Position numbers and translations under genes: made by a program. Source: Heptranchias perlo (taxonomy: Eukaryota). Taken from it: a stretch of 64,000 bases of DNA. Within the stretch, counting starts at the first letter, position 1. Each line of letters starts with the position of its first letter. This document shows positions 27,208 through 40,557 of this stretch, in pieces. The notes beneath the pieces were generated by a model that worked only from the letters and a program-made list of their open reading frames with translations, did not search any database and was not told where the DNA came from. The stretch lies in NCBI RefSeq assembly GCF_035084215.1, contig NW_027139666.1, positions 1,116,001-1,180,000 on the forward strand, given 5' to 3'.

Positions 27208-27264
27208 TTAAAATAAAATTGCTGGACTATAACTTGGTGTTGTAAAATTGTTCACAATAGTGTA

Positions 27265-28565
27265 CCCCGAGATTCAAATTAAATACCAGCCCACAACTCA
27301 CACCACATTATGAGTTTAAAGATGCAGTATTCATGCCAATATTATACACTGAGATACAAATTAGATACCAGTTCAGATGTTACCCATATTTGACTCACAA
27401 ATATGTCCAAAAACCTCATAGTGTCAGAATGAAATGTACAGTTTCAATCCTATTGTTGCAGATTGAGCTACACATTATATACCAGTCCAAAATTTGCATA
27501 AAGTATCATACAGGAAGATACAGTATCAATCCCATTAGACTGAGGTACACATTAGTTACCTGTCCAAAAATCATATTTATCAAACTGAAAGGCAGAGTAT
27601 CAATTCCCTTACTGCAAACGAAGGTTCACATTAGATCCCTGTCCAGAAATCACGTACAGTACCATACTGAAAGATATAGCATTGATTTAATTAGTGCAGA
27701 CTGACCTACACGTTAATTACCAGTACAAAAATCTCACACAGTTTCAGACTGGAAGATACAGTATCAATCCCATTAGTGCAGACTGAGGTGTACATTAGAT
27801 ACCAGTCCAAAAGTCACATTCAGTGTCAAAATGAAAGATACAGTATCAATTCCTTTAGTGCAGACTGAACTACACCTTACAAACCTGTCTAAATATATTA
27901 CACAGTATCAGACTGAAAGGTACAGTATGAATTCCATTAGTACAGACTGAACCACACATTACATACCAGTCCAAAAATCTCAGACAGTGTCAGACTGAAA
28001 GATACAATAATTATTCTATTAGCACAGACTGAGCTACAAAATAAATACCAGTCCAATAATTTCACAGTAAAAGATTGAAATACACATTATCTTCACGGAG
28101 ATTAAGATGTAATCATTCAACAAAACTCGCACACATTGTTTGATTGAAACAAAATCCAAAAGTGTATCAATATTTACAAATTAATGCAGCACGAAAGATT
28201 TGCATACATTAATGAATTAAACATACAGTTTCAAGTACCATACTCTAACCTGAAATAAGAATACAGAACGAATCCAGACTTGCACTTTGCCCAGAGACTG
28301 AGTTACAGAATGAATCCCACACTGAAATAGAATACCAGAGACTGACAGTCACAGAATGAATCCCACACTCACAGATAGCACCAGAGATTGAGAGATACAA
28401 AAAGAATCACACACTCACACACAGTACCAGAGACTGACAGATACAGAATGAATCCCACACTCACAGACTGTATTGGAGACTGACGGATACAGAATGAATA
28501 TCACACTCACATACAGTACCAGAGAATGACAGACATAGAATTAATGCCACACTCACATGCAGTCT
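27265..28565 (+). repeat. Composite 82-bp/linker/46-bp satellite block
   Basis: CAGTATCAAT at 27841 recurs as CAGTATGAAT at 27923 (period 82). Confidence 0.9.
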
Positions 28566-28635
28566 GACATCTACTGGCCATAAGTGAGAACTGTAACTGA
28601 GTGGAACAAATTCACATTATCTGTCGTTGTTCCAG

Positions 28636-28868
28636 ATTCAGGACAATGTGCAATGTGAGGAAATAGTTTCTCTCTGTAACTTCTACTCCCGTACTTTTTC
28701 TAATTTTGTCAGTTAAAAATTAGACAATTGATTTCGAATAAAGTTTTTGTTTTCCTCATTCGAAAGTTGCCCCATTATATTTCACTCTACATTGCGCAAT
28801 ATTTCTGTCTGAATTCTCAGGAGACGATTTATATTAATTCAAATAAACCGAACTGAAACACGAATAAA
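28636..28868 (+). other. Candidate exon 4 (28636-28654, 19 nt) and terminal exon 5 (28821-28856, ETIYINSNKPN-stop, AATAAA 28863-28868) of the unknown spliced gene
   Basis: TTCCAG|...|GTGAGG micro-exon in six copies; pyrimidine-rich TTCTCAG acceptor; stop codon followed by a polyA signal. Confidence 0.4.
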
Positions 28869-29321
28869 AACTGAGTGCAAATCTGCAAGTTTCAACGGCG
28901 ACCGTCAAAAGTGAAAGGGATAAAATATAGAAAAAAATCAAACCGAAAATGCTGGAAAGGCTCAGCAGGTCCGGCAGCATCTGTGGAGAAGGGAAGCTCG
29001 GGTTAACGGTTCAGGACAATGACCCTTCTATAGATCAGAAAGGTTAATCCGACATAATTTAAATAAGGAACGGGAATCAGCAGAGGGAAAAACTTCAGAA
29101 AATCAATTAATTTCACTGAATCCGAGCAATTGTGTCCCGTATCCACTGTACAGATCAGGGCAAATAATAATACAAAGGAACAGAGTTAAATTCAACGTTA
29201 TGGGGGAAGAAATGAATTTTAAAAATATTTTTAAATATAAATTAGACTCGTTTGTGTTTTGAAAACACTATCCCTCTGAACATCATCAAATTCGGTTCCA
29301 GTCTTGGTGTTTCTGAATTCA

Positions 29322-29389
29322 GCGTGCTGGGATTCAAACCTGTTGGAATTAATTGTTTGGAAGGGAGCGATACTCACCATCATAGCACC
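29322..29389 (-). pseudogene. Degenerate tRNA-Gly(TCC) copy
   Basis: Paralogue of 1744-1811. Confidence 0.6.
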
Positions 29390-30933
29390 TTAGTTCACTG
29401 GGAGGGAGAAATAGAGCGTTTCTGTGGAGTTTCGGACTGAATTGCTCCCTTTGGGTTACTGGCACTTTAATCAAAGACAATAAACAGTTCCCAAACATCA
29501 GCCCCTGAACAGACACAACAATCTGGCGGAATTTCTCATTCATAGATATTAAATAAGAGGATGACAAAAGCGAATAGGAAGAGGTTAGGAAGAAGTCACA
29601 AAAACAATTAGGGAAGCAAACAGGAATCACGAAATCAAATTATCAAGGAATATAAAAATAAATCGTAAATTATTGCACAGAGCCAGAAATAACAGAAGGA
29701 AAATCAGAATATCTTGAGGGCCACTAAGGGATTGACAAGATAAACTCACAGGTAACGTCAGCGAAATGGCAGAAATATTGAATTATTACTTTGCCTCAGT
29801 ATTTACCCGGGAGATTAACAGGGTGAACATGATATTGGAGGAAGAGGTCAATAAAGATATCAAGACATTTAAGTTTGAAAGGGTGGTAGAACTCCTGGTC
29901 CAGATGGATTGCATCCGCACATATTAAATGAAACAAGGGAAGAGATAGCAGAGGCACTGTTACATATATAGAAAAAATAATTACAGAAAGGAATAGTGCC
30001 AGAGGACTGGATGACAGTTGATGTGATTCTTATATTTTGAAACAGGAGATAGAACAAGTCCAGGGAACTGTGGACCAGTTAACTAAAGGTCGGTGGTAGG
30101 AATGATCATGGAATCTTTTACTCAATGAAGCAACAGAAAAACATCTGGAAACCGAAAATATAATAAAGAATAGTCAGCACGGATTTCAGAAAGGGAAGAT
30201 TTAATAGTTTGACAGAAGGTTTGACAGTTAAAATTACAGTTCAACATAACTTATCTGCTTTTCAAATATATTCCTCCAGAAATAAACCTCTGTGTTTGCA
30301 TGTCATGGCCTTATCAACCTGTGTTGCTACTTTTAAAGATTTGTCAATCTGTACCCCTAAATCCCATTGCTCTTCTACCCCATTTAGACTCTTATTTTCA
30401 AAGCAGTGTTTGGCCTCCTTATTCCCCCGAGCAAAATGCACCACCTCACACCTTTCTATATGGAAATTCAATGGCCATTTACACCGCCTTTCAGCAAGCT
30501 TATTAAAGTCTTCTTGTATTTTGTCGTAATCTTCCTCAGTATAGGCTATACCCCCAAAATTAATTACAAGCATTTAATACAGCATTACAACTCATGTTTT
30601 GTCGAACAAACTGTTTTCCATTCCCTGTTTTTCGAAATCCCACCCGTGCAATATAATGTGAAGAATGAGTTCATCTTCTGTCCCTCTCTCATCTGCAAAC
30701 TTCAATGACCCGGGGTTTGGGGACATCTACTGGCCGGAAGCAGAACTGCAACAGTTCGGAACAAATTGATGAAACCGGACAACAAGCAGTGTGAGCGTGT
30801 TTGTGATTGTGGCAGGTATTAAATCTGATTGGATATTTGAAGAAACCAATCAGAGAGTGACAGTTAATTATTGTGACCTCACTACGAATGACCCAATCAC
30901 AATCATTGCATTCCTCCATCCTTCATTACCATA

Positions 30934-31411
<478 letters not shown>

Positions 31412-32354
31412 AACTCCACAATGCACTGAAAAGAAAATAAACACAAAGGCTCTTTTCAGAGCCACCCACAGTCTCTCTAAAAAAACTGTACCAACACCTC
31501 TATGGAATCATTTTACTGTCGATAGTTTGATACTCACTGTCTCTCTAACTTGTGCTTTTGTAATTTCACTTGAAATCTGGAAGATTCTCATAATCACTGC
31601 CCGGTATAATCTCTGTCGTTGTTTTATTTAGTTTCAATAACCAATAACGTGTCGCTGATCCTCTCGTTCCCGGTCATATTCCGCCCCTTCCCCCGCATCT
31701 GCCCCTTCAGAGCCGTTTTAAGGTCATTTCTTTCTCCTTTTCACGTTTTTTTGTTCATTATTCGGGAATATCACTTTCAGAACCGCAATCCTATTTAAAG
31801 CAACAACCCTGAAAGGGACTTCACACCGAGTACAGAATAGTCGAAAGGCTCTGTCACTGTTCGACTTCTTACACCAGGAGTCTCGGCTCCGGTTTCGATC
31901 GCGCTGCAGCTCCTGTGAACAGGGATCAATCCACAATCTGTGGTTTGTTACTTTTACAAAGATTGAGCTGGGATCTGTCCCGTTACAAAATGGGACTTTA
32001 TTCCCGCCGGATTGAAAGCGAACGGTGAATGACGCAGGATTTTCACCGGATTGTAAAAGATTCTGGAAGTTGTGACGGGAAATGTGGAATAACAGAGTAA
32101 AAGGAGAGAGATTTTTAAATCTTTGTCTTAAGGCGACATTATTTACTTAATCCGCTTCTTGTGTTACAAATATATTGGCGGGCTTTTCAAATTTCAATAA
32201 AACGGTTCAGTTCAGTATTTTCCGCCTTTTTCTCATTCGGCTATTGATTGGTGAATAAAACAGCTCTCTAATTTCGCTGTTCGTTGAACCAATGAGATTG
32301 AGAACAGATGGACCAATCACAATTGCCCCCACTGTACTCCTCCAGAAGGTATAA

Positions 32355-32804
<450 letters not shown>

Positions 32805-32959
32805 AGCAGCTAAGATTTAATCTGATAACCCAAAGGCTCTTTTCAGAGCCACCCACTGTATCTATGAAAGGGCTGGTTACTGTCTGAAGAGACTGACCTA
32901 TTGATCACAGTTATCCCCGGTCTACGTTAATATATTACATCGCTATAGCGGTTAAACTT

Positions 32960-33300
32960 ATGGGAGGCAATGTGAGTTACCGAGCACATGGGTGACAGGT
33001 GAACGGGTCTTGGTGGGAGTTCGGATAGGGGAACGGAGTTTTGGAGGAGTTGAAGTTTGCAGAGGGCGTCAGATAGGAGGCTGACCAGGAGAGCATTGGA
33101 AGAGCCAAGTCTGGAGGTAACAAGGGCGTGGATGAGGGTTTCAGCACCAGATCAGCTGAGGCAGGGGAGGAGACGCGCGATGTTTCGGAGGTGGAAGTTG
33201 GCGGTCTTGGTGGTGGAGCGGAAATGGGGTCGGATGCTTATCTCAGGGTAAATTGGACGCTGAGGTTGCGAAGTTTTATGATTCCGCTTCACACAGTGGC
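32960..33300 (-). mobile_element. Degenerate L2-clade LINE fragment (copy at ~54460-54800)
   Basis: Minus strand reads ETLIHALVTSRLGSSNALLVSL, resembling the L2 ETLIHAFVTSRLDYxNALL motif. Confidence 0.75.
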
Positions 33301-33304
33301 CAAG

Positions 33305-34495
33305 GACAAGTCTCTGTCCATCTCAGTCCTTGAATCCAGTCCCCACACAGGAACTGTCTCTGTACATCCCAGTACCTGAATCTATCCAGTCCCCACACAG
33401 GACCAGTCTGCATCCATCCCAGTACCTGAATCTATCCAGTCCTCACACAGGACCAGTCTCCATCCATCCAGGTCCCTGAATCAATCCAGTCCCCACACAG
33501 GACCAGTCTGCATCCATCCCGGTGCCTGAATCTATCCAGTCCCCATACAGGACCAGTCTCCATCCATCCAGGTCCCTGAATCTATCCAGTCCCCACACAG
33601 GACCAGTCTCCATCCATCCCAGTGCCTGATTCTATCCAGTCCCCACACAGGACAAGTCTCCATCCATCCCAGTGCCTGATTCTATCCAGTCCCCACACAG
33701 GATCATTCTCCATCCATCCCAGTGCCTGATTCTATCCAGTCCCCTCACAGGATCATTCTCCATCCATCCCAGTGCCTGATTCTATCCAGTCCCCACACAG
33801 GATCATTCTCCATCCATCCCAGTACCTGAATCTATCCAGTCCCCACACAGGACCAGTCTCCATCCATCCCAGTACCTGAATCTATCCAGTCCCCACACAG
33901 GACCAGTCTCCATCCACCCCAGTGCCTGAATCTATCCAGTCCCCACACAGGACCAGTCTCCATCCATCCCAGTGCCTGAATCTATCCAGTCCCCACACAG
34001 GACCAGTCTCCATCCATCCCGGTGCCTGAATCTATCCAGTCCCCACACAGGACCAGTCTCCATCCATCCCGGTGCCTGAATCTATCCAGTCCCCACACAG
34101 GATCATTCTCCATCCATCCCAGGACCTGAATCTATCCAGTCCCCACACAGGACCAGTCTCCATCCATCCCAGTGCCTGATTCTATCCAGTCCCCACACAG
34201 GATCATTCTCCATCCATCCCAGGACCTGAATCTATCCAGTCCCCACACAGGACCAGTCTCCATCCATCCCAGTGCCTGATTCTATCCAGTCCCCACACAG
34301 GACCAGTCTCCATCCATCCCAGTGCCTGATTCTATCCAGTCCCCACACAGGACCAGTCTCCATCCATCCCAGTGCCTGATTCTATCCAGTCCCCACACAG
34401 GACCAGTCTCCATCCATCCCAGTGCCTGATTCTATCCAGTCCGCACACAGGACCAGTCTCCATCCATCCCATTGCCTGATTCTATCCAGTCCCAT
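33305..34495. repeat. Homogeneous 50-bp minisatellite, ~23-24 units
   Basis: AGTGCCTGAATCTATCCAGTCCCCACACAGGACCAGTCTCCATCCATCCC with period 50 (33371, 33421...). Confidence 0.97.
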
Positions 34496-34939
34496 ACTGA
34501 CCAAGCACGGAAAGGTACAGATTGCCTTCCACACCGATTTATGTTTATTGAACTATTGGGCGCCTCCTGTTAGCTACAAATCTGAAAACTAAAACTCCCT
34601 CTTCCAACGGTCCCGGAGCGGCACTGATTGATTCTGTTATGATAGTGATTGTATTGGAACTGTAGTGTGCCTCAATTATTGAATTTAAATTGTATTTTCC
34701 GCCTTTTTTTTCGAGCAAACCTTGAATATCAAGCCGGAGTCTGTAATGATTGTGTCCGAATTTATGTTCCGCATTTGATACTGGTGAAAATTTTATAAAG
34801 GACGGTAACTAATTCCTGGAGGCGGAGCTAAAAGTTGCACGTCCGCTTGTCCGTCATTCTGAGCCAGTCTCCTCCCCTCCCGCACTTCATGCTCTGTCTT
34901 TCATTCAAACACTCCTCCCCGGCCTCTCCGATAATGTGC

Positions 34940-34975
34940 CTTTCTCAATCAGGTCGGGGCGGGCTTTATAAATAC
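34940..34975 (+). promoter_or_regulatory. H4 promoter: site II-like TCAATCAGGTC, GC box GGGGCGGG, TATAAATA
   Basis: Resembles the vertebrate H4 element TCAATCTGGTCC directly upstream of TATA. Confidence 0.7.
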
Positions 34976-35018
34976 AGAAGAAAGGCGAGGGTTTTTCATT
35001 CAGCAGCGATCTGAGTGA

Positions 35019-35339
<321 letters not shown>

Positions 35340-36667
35340 ACGACTCGACCCTTTCTAACCGGACACAAAACAAAGGCTCTTCTAAGAGCCACCCACCGCC
35401 TCACAGAGAGAGCACTGACCTGGGAACTGGTGCGGGGTTATATGGGGATACGGAATAGTTTTTTTTATTATCAGGAGTTTTCTGGAACACACAGTAACGT
35501 AACGTGGTATCGGCGGCGAGCTGCACCGGTTACTGAGGAAAATTTCCCTCATTGAGTGCACTGAATTGTCCAGGGAACGTTACAAGTGAGTTTACCCCGA
35601 GCCGAATTCCCCACTCAGTGAATTGTTCCTTCACTCCATTCGCTCTGTTTTGGTTCTATTTATCAGTCAGATGTTGTGATGTGGGACCGGGGGTTTCCAT
35701 GGGAGAACAGGTTGAACTGTGCCGCTGTGATAAGGGCCCAGCTTGTGATATGGATTTTCCCTCTGACGGTTGTTTCTGACACTGATACTGAGAGGGTTTG
35801 TGAAATTGAACCGTTTGAGCTTAGTCATTGGGGACCTGGAATTACAACAGGCCCAACTGGCAAAGCCCGCTCTAAACTGAGGCTACCTCTCATTGGTTAC
35901 TTTGCTTGAAAACTAATTTCCTTAACCAATCGGAGAGACGACAATAAGAAAACGGAGCAAATTATTGGCCACAATTGACCGATTTTTTAAAATTTGAAAA
36001 AAGCCGCCAATTTCAGTGTATGAAATAAGTGAATTACTCGGCCATGTCGTTTTTAGACAAAGACTTAAAATCTCTTTGAAATAATATTATTCCGTATTAC
36101 ACGTCCCAAATTCCGAGCGCTGTATTACAAATATATTCTCCATAACTTGCGGAATAAAACCCCATTCACAGATTGCTGTTTTGGACAGATTTCACTTCAA
36201 CCTGCAAAAATAACAAATTCCAGGCTATCAATTGATTCCGTTGCAGGGATTGAACAGGAACCGTGTGTCCTGAAAACGGAATCATTGACGAAGCCTTAAA
36301 ATGAGCCGATTCTTTTCTCCAAGACTTTCATTCTGGATTGAGGCACTGCGGGGAACGTGCTGCTAATATGCGGGATATTAATATCAGTAATTAATTATTT
36401 AAGAGATTGGCTCCACAGTGAGATAGAGGAAGGAACTGAATACTGATTCTTAGACCTGAAAGTGGTGCTTAACAGGAAAACCGGGGGCGGTGTGAATCTG
36501 AATGAAAGGGAGAGCAAAGCAAAAGGGAATTGAACGGACCCCGGACCCGTGTTCAATTTATTGGGCAGTAAATTCGTCAGAGACAAACATTAAAATGGAG
36601 TAGTTTCACTGACTTTCTTTCAATTTCCCCATCAGATTCAAAGGATGATGACCGAGTAAAGCAGCAA

Positions 36668-37600
36668 TTCTGTATCTGTCAGTCTCTGGTCCCGCATGTG
36701 AGTGGGATTCATTCTGAATCTGTCAGTTTCTGGTACTGTATGTGAGTGTGGGATTCATTCTGTATCTGTCAGTCTCCGGTACTGTGTGCGTGCAGGGTCA
36801 TTAATCTGTACCTGTCAATCAGTGGTACCGCGTGTGGGTGTGGGCTTCATTCTGTATCTGTCAGTCTCTGGTACTGTGTGTGAATTTGTGATTTATTCTG
36901 TATCTGTCAGTCTCTGGTACTGTGTGTGAGCGTGAGATTCAATCTGTGTATGTCAGTCTCTGGTACTGTATGTGAGTGTGAGATTTATTCTGTATCTGTC
37001 AGTCTCTGGTACTGTGTGTGAGTGTGGGATTCATTCTGTATCTATCAGTCTCTGGTACTGTATGTGAGTGTGGTGTTCATTCTTTATGTGTCTATGTCTA
37101 GAACTGAACATGAGTGTGGGATTCATTCTGTGCCTATCAGTCTGTGGTACTCTGCGTGTGTGGGGTTTATTCAGTATTTGTCTGTCACGGGTACTGTATA
37201 CGAGTGTCAGTTTTATTCTGTTTCTGTCTTTCTCTGGTGCTCTATGTGAATGTGGGATTTATTCTGTATCTGACTGCTTCTGGTACTGTGTGTGAGTGTG
37301 GGATTCATTCTGTGTCTGACTGTCTCTGGTACTGTGTGTGTGGGGTTTATTCTGTATCTGTCTGTCTCTGATACTTTACATGAGTGTGGGGTTTATTTTT
37401 TATCTGTCAGTCTCTGTTTCTGTATATAAATGTGGGGTTTATTCGGTATCTCTCTGTCTATGATGCTGTATTCGAGTGTGGGGTTGATCCTGTATCATCT
37501 GTCTCTGACACTGTACATGAGTGTGGGGTGTATTCTGTATCTGTGAGTCTCTGGTGCTGTCTGTGAATCTGGGATTCATTCTGTATCTGTCATTCTCTGG
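36668..37600 (-). repeat. 46-bp satellite array in reverse orientation
   Basis: GTGTGAGTGTGGGATTCATTCTGTATCTGTCAGTCTCTGGTACT units. Confidence 0.93.
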
Positions 37601-38682
37601 AACGCGATGGACACCTACAGACGCTGAAAGACGCCCTGGTAAGAACGGGATATGACGCTCGACTCATCGATCGACAGTTCCGACGGGCCACAGCAAAAAA
37701 TCGCATAGACCTCCTCAGGAGACTAACACGGGACGCAACCAACAGAGTACCCTTTGTCGTCCAGTACTTCCCCGGAGCGGAGAAACTACGCCATGTTCTC
37801 CGCAGCCTTCAACATGTCATCAATGAGGACAAACACCTCGCTATGGCCATCCCCACACCTCCACTACTCGCCTTTAAACAGCCACCCAACCTCAAACAGA
37901 CCATCGTTCGCAGCAAACTACCTAGCTTTCAAGAGAACAGCGTCCACGACGCCACACAACCCTGCCACGGTAACCTCTGCAAGACATGCCAGATCATCGA
38001 CACAGATACCACCATCACACGAGAGGACACCACCCACCAGGTGCATGGTTCATACTCCTGTGACTCGGCCAACGTTGTCTACCTCATACGTTGCAGGAAA
38101 GGATGCCCCAGAGCATGGTACATTGGCGAGACCATGCAGACGCTGCGACAACGGATGAACGGACACCGCGCAACAATCGCCAAACAGGAGGGTTCCCTCC
38201 CAGTCGGGGAACACTTCAGCAGTCATGGACATTCATCCACCGACCTTCGGGTAAGCGTACTCCAAGGCGGCCTTCGAGACACACGACAACGCAAAATCGT
38301 CGAGCCGAAATTGATAGCCAAGTTCCGCACCCATGAGGACGGCCTCAACCGGGATCTTGGGTTCATGTCACGCTACACGTTACCCCACCAGCGAACAAAT
38401 GTTATCTGTTTTTAATATAATGGGTCATTTGCTGGCTCTCTCTGCCTTCCGGATGTTTCTGCCTCTCTCTGTTTTTTTTCTCTGTTTTTTTCCCCTGTTT
38501 GTTTTTTTGTTGAATGTGTATTCGGGGGTTCTGCAGGTGACACCTCTCTGTCTGAACACGGTGATTGCCTTGGCAACGGGCAGTTGCAGGGGCAGTCTGT
38601 AAACACCATGTATTGTTCTATATGTATAAATGCGTAGGCTTCAAGGAGCTCTTGAAACATTTGCCTGAGGAAGGAGGAAATC
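37600..38682 (+). mobile_element. Penelope-like element fragment: end of RT thumb, linker, GIY-YIG (open to 38415); 3' end broken inside the hammerhead
   Basis: ERDGHLQTLKDALVRTGYDARLIDRQFRRA...NVVYLIRCRKGCPRAWYIGET; ends at CCTGAGGAAGGAGGAAATC; no TSD seen. Confidence 0.93.
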
Positions 38683-39020
38683 ACATTTCAAAAAAGCCTC
38701 ACTATACTGCTTCATCCTCGATGTGGTTGGTGGTTCAGAGGTCGTTCAGACCCGGTCGATATGGCAGAAGAGCGTCCATCATTAATTGAACTTTCTGTTG
38801 CAGAAGAACTTCTTTCTCTTCTTACAAAACGATTAATTTTGGGGAAATAAAGTTTGATGATTAAGCCGCCCCCGACTCCTTTCCCCTTGATACTGGACTT
38901 ACACCAGCACCACACACCGTGGCTTGGAGGCGAGGAAGAGCGTGTCTTGGCAGTTGCTCGGAAAAAGTAAACATAACTGAAGGTGTTTTCCACCAGAAAA
39001 AGGCCATCGCTCCACAGAAT

Positions 39021-39139
39021 GAAATGACTGCCTGCCATCTGCCCAACGAAAATTACCTGTGAAATGACTGCCTGCCATCTGCCTAACCGGATATTACCTG
39101 TGAAATGATTGCCTGCTATTTGCCCAACGGAAATTACCT
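39021..39139. repeat. 40-41-bp tandem repeat x3
   Basis: GAAATGACTGCCTGCCATCTGCC at 39021, 39061 and 39102. Confidence 0.9.
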
Positions 39140-39679
39140 AATACAGATGTGAAAGTAAACTTCAGTCCAACATTCAACCAATCAATTTCACGCAATCACA
39201 AGTTTTGACGACAAGACTGCATGTGACATATCATCTACTTATGAAATAAATGTTTGCCCTTTTCTTATTTGATGTCCAGTTTTGATTCATTTTATTTTCC
39301 TGGGTTTGTATTGTGACCGTACCCATTTAATGGCAGTGAGCTGATATTGTCAATCGGGCTCAGCATTCTCTGGCGAGCAGCTACCGGCCTTATAAGCTCC
39401 GCTGATAACCTGATATCTGAAGAATTTCCTTTCCATGTTTCATTATATTTATACTTTTCTATTTAGGTTAAAACGAGGGTGCACAATGTTAAAAACAATG
39501 CAATTTGGCAACATACAGGTCTCCCCAGTAAACGCAAGAGCACGCAGAATGAATCTCAATGGAACAAACCTCTTCTCTTTCACTCCCACTGGAAAAAATC
39601 CGAAAAGACCAAACCCTTTCCTATTCCCTCTCATTGCATAGAATCCCAAAGAGAAAAAACTCCTTCTCTTTCCAAGCCA

Positions 39680-40290
39680 TTATAGAGAGTGCGGTGCCCA
39701 GAACTGAACACAATACTCTAAATGAGGACTAAACAGAGCTCTGTATAACTGTGATATAACTTCCACTCCTTTTTATTTCCATTCCCTTGAGATAAAGATC
39801 AAAATTTCATCTCCATTTTAACTTCTTTTTAGTGATTTAGTAATCACTGTTGTTGATTTCTATACTTGGATCCCCATATGCCTCGATTCCCCTGAAGTGC
39901 AAAAATCTATCGATCTCAGCTTTTAATATATTCAACGACTGAGAATCCACAGCCCTCTGGGGTTGAGAATTCCAAAGATTCACAACACTTTCAGTGAAGA
40001 AATTCTCCCTAATTTCGATCCTAAATGGCCGGCCCCTTATCTTGAGACTATGACCTCTAGTTCTTGATTCTCCAGCAGGGTAATCAGCCTCTCCTCACCT
40101 ACCCTGTCAAACCGCCTAAGAATTTTATACGTTTCAATGCGATCACCGACCATTCTTCTAAACTCCAGCGAATATAATCCAATATTACACAATATTTCAA
40201 CATAGTACAATTGCAGCAAGACCTCCTTACTCTTATATTCCAACACCCTTGCAATAAAGGCTGACATATCATTTGCCTTCCTCACTCTCA
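39680..40290 (-). mobile_element. Degenerate CR1 3' fragments
   Basis: KANDMSAFIARVLEYKSKEVLLQLY and GLYSLEFRRM segments with internal deletions. Confidence 0.8.
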
Positions 40291-40485
40291 TTAGACCCTT
40301 GTTAACTCACCATTCCCAGTATGTTTTTCCTCTGTTCCTTCTATAGGGAAAAGAAATGAACATTGAAAACATTTTAATATAATTACAGCGGTTTATATTT
40401 TGGAAACAATATCCAGCTGAACTGCATCAAATTCGATGACAAACTTCTAGTTTCAAAAGGAAGTGAATTAATAACAATAATTAAT

Positions 40486-40557
40486 TGCGATGGTCGGGAA
40501 TCGAACCCGGGTCAACTGCTTGGAAGGCAGCTATGCTCACCACTATACCACCATCGC
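40486..40557 (-). tRNA. tRNA-Gly-TCC: tRNA-Gly, anticodon TCC (72 nt)
   Basis: GCGATGGTGGTATAGTGGTGAGCATAGCTGCCTTCCAAGCAGTTGACCCGGGTTCGATTCCCGACCATCGCA. A and B boxes intact, acceptor stem fully paired, one C:A mismatch at the T-stem base, T4 about 30 nt downstream. Confidence 0.93.

Larger units (their letters stand above)
27040..27251. mobile_element. Non-coding palindromic PLE derivative, 85-bp arms (27081-27165 / 27168-27252), 13-bp TSD TCACAATAGTGTA
   Basis: TSD at 27027-27039 and 27252-27264; empty site at ~48199-48211; same 32-nt tail as 6774-6805. Confidence 0.92.

Noticed and set aside
33305-34495. CRISPR-like regular array (also the 46-bp arrays)
   Set aside because: Head-to-tail tandem units with no unique spacers, no cas genes, eukaryotic context.
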